From the IMG/VR virus record IMGVR_UViG_3300005265_000003: DNA of 20,000 nucleotides. The stretch is one strand, 5' to 3'. Position numbers and translations under genes: made by a program. The stretch is from an uncultured virus (IMG/VR IMGVR_UViG_3300005265_000003) (lineage: Duplodnaviria > Heunggongvirae > Uroviricota > Caudoviricetes). Of the stretch, positions 15,846 through 20,000 are shown one piece after another (positions within the stretch are counted from its first letter, which is position 1; the number at the start of each line of letters is the position of its first letter). Under the pieces are notes generated by a model. The model was not told where the DNA came from and ran no database searches. It saw nothing but the letters and a program-made list of their open reading frames with translations.

Positions 15846-16505
15846 ATGGCATACAAGCCACACACTCATCCTGTAGTTTATTATTGGATAGCTCATTACG
15901 ATGATGGCAGTCAACTTGCTCAATATGAGCCACCAGACTACAAGCCAAAATCCATCTATGAGATTCAAAATGATAAATTGGTAAAGATAGGCTGGTATCC
16001 CATTACCTATGATTTCGCTGCTAAGTTAAATGAACATGGCACTCCCGCCATTGCTAATCCTTTCTTACCTAAGGTTGAGGTTAATATTACTCCTCCCAAA
16101 CGTTATATCCTGTTTATGAAAAACTTCATATCTTTAGAACGGTTCAGAGTGTGTGAAGCATGCGGTCATATGTTTCAAGCGACGAAATTCTTTGGAGATG
16201 AAGTTTGGACATCACCGATATGTCCCAAATGCGGAGCTCATGACTATTGGGTCTGCAAAGATTGTGGAAAGCGATATGAGAAATTTACTGATACGAAGAA
16301 TACACCACCAGAGAAGGGTGGTAGCGGGCACTGTTCCGAGTGTGGTGGCTATCTCGAACTTAAACAGGTCACTGGTCGGCAATATTCAAGGGAAAATAGG
16401 TGGAGACTTTATGCAGTTGGATATCAGGAGACTATCGGTGGACGCAACTATAAAGTGATATTGTATGTTGATGAGAATGGTAATGTTGAAGTGAAATATG
16501 AATAG
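15846..16505 (+). CDS. Hypothetical protein with four CxxC pairs (double zinc ribbon)
   Basis: CEAC, CPKC, CKDC and CSEC. ATG 15846 follows a GGGTGA RBS (track ORF 15798..16505). Confidence 0.7.
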   Translation: MAYKPHTHPVVYYWIAHYDDGSQLAQYEPPDYKPKSIYEIQNDKLVKIGWYPITYDFAAKLNEHGTPAIANPFLPKVEVNITPPKRYILFMKNFISLERFRVCEACGHMFQATKFFGDEVWTSPICPKCGAHDYWVCKDCGKRYEKFTDTKNTPPEKGGSGHCSECGGYLELKQVTGRQYSRENRWRLYAVGYQETIGGRNYKVILYVDENGNVEVKYE

Positions 16506-16509
16506 TTAA

Positions 16510-18255
16510 ATGGCGTTTAATGATACGAAATCTCCAGGCGATATCATCAAAGCAGAAGACTGGAATGACTTTGTAGACTATACAGAGGGCATTTCTGGTC
16601 AACTTGATGAACATATGAATGATCTTAACGTTCATTTAACATCATCTCAGAAGGCGGATTTAACCGGTGGTGGTGATACCACACTTCATTACCATTCAGC
16701 TGACCGAGATTTAAGTAATGCGACTGGAGTTCTCAGTATAGCTCACGGAGGTACTAACAACACATCTTTCTCAAATGGATATTTCATAGCCTATGATGGC
16801 ACTAAACTCGCCTCTACAAGTTATAATTCAGCTTCTTTCGCTTCAGCTAGCCATACTCATGACGCAAGTGACATTACATCTGGCACACTCTCAACGGCAA
16901 GATTCTCTGCGTATGATGACTTAGTTGATGAAGGAAAGATTGGAACTGGTAGCAATCAAGTGGCTTCTGGCTCTCATATACATGACGACCGGTATTATAC
17001 TAAAAGCCAGTGTGATGCTAATTACTTCCCGTCATCTGCTGGTCATGACCATGTTACAAACACTTCCAATCCCCACAATGTGACTTACGCTCAAGTTGGT
17101 GCAATCCAAGACGCTGATGATACAGTAAAGAGCAGTCATATAGATTGGGGAACTGGCACAAATCAAGTCTCCCTCGATGATATTCCTGATGGCACCACTT
17201 ATGGTAAACTTACAATAACTCAACGTGATGATTTGACTGATGGAGGAGATAGCTCTCTGCACTATCATTCAAGTGACAGGGACTTGTCAAATGCAACTGG
17301 TGTGCTTGCTATAAGTCATGGCGGAACAAATAACACAACGTTTACCTCTGGGATGTTCATAGCATATGATGGGAGTAAGCTTGCATCAACATCATATAAC
17401 GAGTCTTCGTTTGCTGCTGCCAGTCACACTCACGACGCATCGGATATCACTTCTGGGACTCTAGCTTATCAACGGGGAGGCCTTAATGCTGATGTATCTT
17501 CTTTCAATGGTTTGGTTAAAATCGCTGGTGGCTCCACATCATATATAGCTGATAATTCGGCCAATTGGGATACTGCCTATAATCATTCTCAAGATTCATC
17601 TATTCACCTTACTTCTGAGCAGAAAAGCGCGCTGACTGGAGGTGGCGATACAGACTTGCATTATCACTCTGCAGATAGGGATTTATCTAATGCTACAGGC
17701 ATCTTAGCCATCGGTAAGGGCGGAACTAACAATTCATCATTTACTGCTGGAAAATTTTTGATATACGATTCGGGTGAGGACAAGATTAAATCTTCTGATT
17801 ATGATAATAGCTCGTTTGCATCTGCAACCCATACACATGCACTTGATGATTTAAGCGATACCACAATCTCTTCGCCCTCTTCTGGGCAAGTCCTCACTTA
17901 TTTGGGAGACTGGAAGAATGCCTCTCCACCACTTACATTTAGCGTTCCTGCTGTTGGGATAAAAGGCAATCGTTATATTCGATTAGCTCGATTCACAACT
18001 CCTGAAAATAAAGCGGCATATCTCTGGATGGCCCAGATAAGTGATATCAACGGAAATACGGTAAATGGGCTCCGTATTGAAATGCTTTCTGGAAGTACAG
18101 TCGTGTATGCTTGCTCTAGTAATACAGTCGAGATAGGCTCGCCTCTTGCATCCACCGCAGGGGACATAACAATTCGGGTAATCTATTCTGGTGCAGGTAT
18201 TAGTGATGATGACTATGTGCAGTGTGTTGGATTTATGCAGGTGTCGATAATATGA
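16510..18255 (+). CDS. Fibre-like virion protein with three ~80-aa repeats and HxH motifs
   Basis: Three copies of LTxGGDxxLHYHSxDRDLSNATG(V/I)LxIxxGGTNN...SFAxAxHTH, starting near 16633, 17227 and 17605. Multiple HTH/HYH/HIH motifs as in metal-binding trimeric fibres. Confidence 0.7.
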   Translation: MAFNDTKSPGDIIKAEDWNDFVDYTEGISGQLDEHMNDLNVHLTSSQKADLTGGGDTTLHYHSADRDLSNATGVLSIAHGGTNNTSFSNGYFIAYDGTKLASTSYNSASFASASHTHDASDITSGTLSTARFSAYDDLVDEGKIGTGSNQVASGSHIHDDRYYTKSQCDANYFPSSAGHDHVTNTSNPHNVTYAQVGAIQDADDTVKSSHIDWGTGTNQVSLDDIPDGTTYGKLTITQRDDLTDGGDSSLHYHSSDRDLSNATGVLAISHGGTNNTTFTSGMFIAYDGSKLASTSYNESSFAAASHTHDASDITSGTLAYQRGGLNADVSSFNGLVKIAGGSTSYIADNSANWDTAYNHSQDSSIHLTSEQKSALTGGGDTDLHYHSADRDLSNATGILAIGKGGTNNSSFTAGKFLIYDSGEDKIKSSDYDNSSFASATHTHALDDLSDTTISSPSSGQVLTYLGDWKNASPPLTFSVPAVGIKGNRYIRLARFTTPENKAAYLWMAQISDINGNTVNGLRIEMLSGSTVVYACSSNTVEIGSPLASTAGDITIRVIYSGAGISDDDYVQCVGFMQVSII

Positions 18256-20000
18256 GGGGCAGAGATTTGGCTATACTGGTCATAGTATTTGCTTTACTAT
18301 CATGCGGGTTTCTTGGATTGTTTGGACTATTCGGAATCAGCATCTCTCTGCGGGTTTCTTGGATTGTTTGGACTATTCGGAATCAGCATCTCTCTTCCTC
18401 TTGAGATTTTACTAACGTTTAGCTTTGCGGGATGTATTACGTTTCTGCTACGGAAAATCATATTGCGTAGATGGAAAGAGTTCTTGATAGCGAGCACATT
18501 ACTTGCATCATCAATCCTAATTCCAACAGCCGGCACTTTGGATTCTCAGGGACCTAATAGTCCCAATAAGGCAATAAATAATAATGAAGTCGGGACCATA
18601 GACTGGAAAGACCCAGATTGTGCTTGTGACTCCGACAATAAATATGCGTATGCTGAATATAAGGGCATCTTTCGAACTCATTATCTATGGACTCAACAAT
18701 ACGGATTTAACATTCCATCGGGTGCGACTATAAATGGTATAAAAGTGGAAGTCGAGAGGAAAGCAGATTTAAAGAATGGATATATTGTTGATTACAGCAT
18801 ACGGTTGATAAAATATGATGAAGTTGTTGGAGATGATAAGGCAGATACTAATACACATTGGCCAGACTCTGATGCCTATGCATCATATGGTGGAGACAAT
18901 GATTTGTGGGGAGCAAGTTGGACACCTGATGATATAAATGATGATAAGTTTGGTGTTGCGATTTCTGCTAAAGTAGATGCTCCAGATGGTGGAAGTGCTC
19001 TTATTGACCATGTTAGGATAACCGTCTATTATTCTACAGGCGGAAACACCGCACCTGAATTATCCAACGAAAATCCATCCAATGGTTCTACTAATGTTGC
19101 AGTGTCGGATGCTGGAGTTACTTGTTCTGTATATGTCAGCGACCAGGACGGAGACACTCTCACAGTCACGTGGGCTACAAACGCTTCAACGGGAGAATGG
19201 CACAATGTTGCAACAGAGACTGTCTCTGCAAACACAACAGTTTCTCATACGTATGAAGAATTTTATCAATATGACCAAACATACTGGTGGCGGGTGTATG
19301 TTGATGATGGAACAGAAAACGTAAGTGAGACATATCACTTCCACACTGAGGGGGAGACACACACAACTGATTGGTTTGACCCTGAGAACTATGGTTCTAT
19401 CAAGAACGAATGGACGAATCCGCAAAATGCCTTAGAAGATGATGCCAATTATGCTATCGTATATTGCTCCTCCGATAAAGATGAAGAGGACTATTATACA
19501 TTCGATGTTGACATTCCAAGTTATGCAACTATTAAGGGCATTGAAGTAGTATTTGAGGGTAATATATTGCTTTCAATACCCCAACCGGATGATTCTCGAA
19601 TATCGGTCAAACTTTCATGGAATGGAGGAAGTAGCTGGAGCGAAAGTAAAATAATACAGTTTGAGAGTACTTCAGAAGAAGCAGTCTCCGTAGGTGGTAG
19701 TAATGATTTATGGGGAACACACAAATGGGTTCCAAACGATTTCTCAAATTCAAACTTCAAACTATTTGCTCAAGGAGTAGTAAATTCTTCAGGTCAATCA
19801 GCTTCGAGTCAGGTTGATTATATCAAAATGAGGATTACCTATTCTGTAACTTCAAACCAAGCACCTACCATCTCAAATCCTAATCCCGCAAACGGGTCAG
19901 TTGATATCCCTGTTTCACCAAGTGGTATTACATGTTCAGCATACTTTGCAGATGAAGATGGCGATACTCTCAATATCTCATGGTACTATTCCTATGATGG
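18252..20000 (+). pseudogene. Large membrane-anchored adhesin/surface-type protein, frameshifted by a 46-bp tandem duplication; truncated by the window edge
   Basis: The ATG 18252 frame stops at 18404, but a second frame is open from 18286 to beyond 20000. Deleting one repeat copy joins them: hydrophobic N-terminus, then alternating beta-sandwich domains (IPSxATIxGI...GGxNDLWG...W) and Ig/FN3-like domains (NxAPxxSNxNPxNGS...DxDGDTL). Confidence 0.7.
18303..18394. repeat. Exact 46-bp tandem duplication
   Basis: TGCGGGTTTCTTGGATTGTTTGGACTATTCGGAATCAGCATCTCTC at 18303-18348 and again at 18349-18394. Confidence 0.95.

Noticed and set aside
18303..18394. CRISPR-like repeat
   Set aside because: Two directly adjacent copies with no spacer, inside coding sequence; no cas genes.
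16510..20000. Diversity-generating retroelement target/template pair
   Set aside because: Repeat differences are mostly synonymous and not adenine-specific; no reverse transcriptase in the window.

Overview
This window holds the DNA-packaging and head-morphogenesis region of a tailed virus or provirus (Caudoviricetes, HK97-fold). All genes are on the + strand. The host is very probably archaeal, based on an Alba gene, BRE/TATA-like promoters, GGTGA-type ribosome-binding sites and an oligo-T terminator. Gene order: repeat/promoter-rich leader and two orphan ORFs (1-1080), probable small terminase, two small membrane proteins, large terminase, Alba, portal, a first prohead protease, then a ~7.3 kb enzyme block (5683-12961), followed by a capsid cement/decoration protein, major capsid protein, head-tail adaptor, structural ORFs, a His-x-His repeat fibre and a large adhesin-like gene running off the right edge. 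The enzyme block encodes a HIT-like protein; a 1320-aa polyprotein (degenerate metallo-beta-lactamase fold, ASCH, unknown domain, ATP-dependent ligase, PurD-like ATP-grasp); a LigD-type 3'-phosphoesterase; and a Pol-beta-type nucleotidyltransferase fused to a second, HK97-type prohead protease and scaffold. The most interesting hypothesis is that this block is a capsid-packaged, protease-released nucleic-acid end-healing and sealing kit. Other notable points are a prfB-like shifty stop that could fuse ligase and phosphoesterase, an exact 46-bp duplication that frameshifts the adhesin, and an ATGTY motif in the larger intergenic gaps of the late region. All family assignments come from reading motifs by eye; no database search was run.
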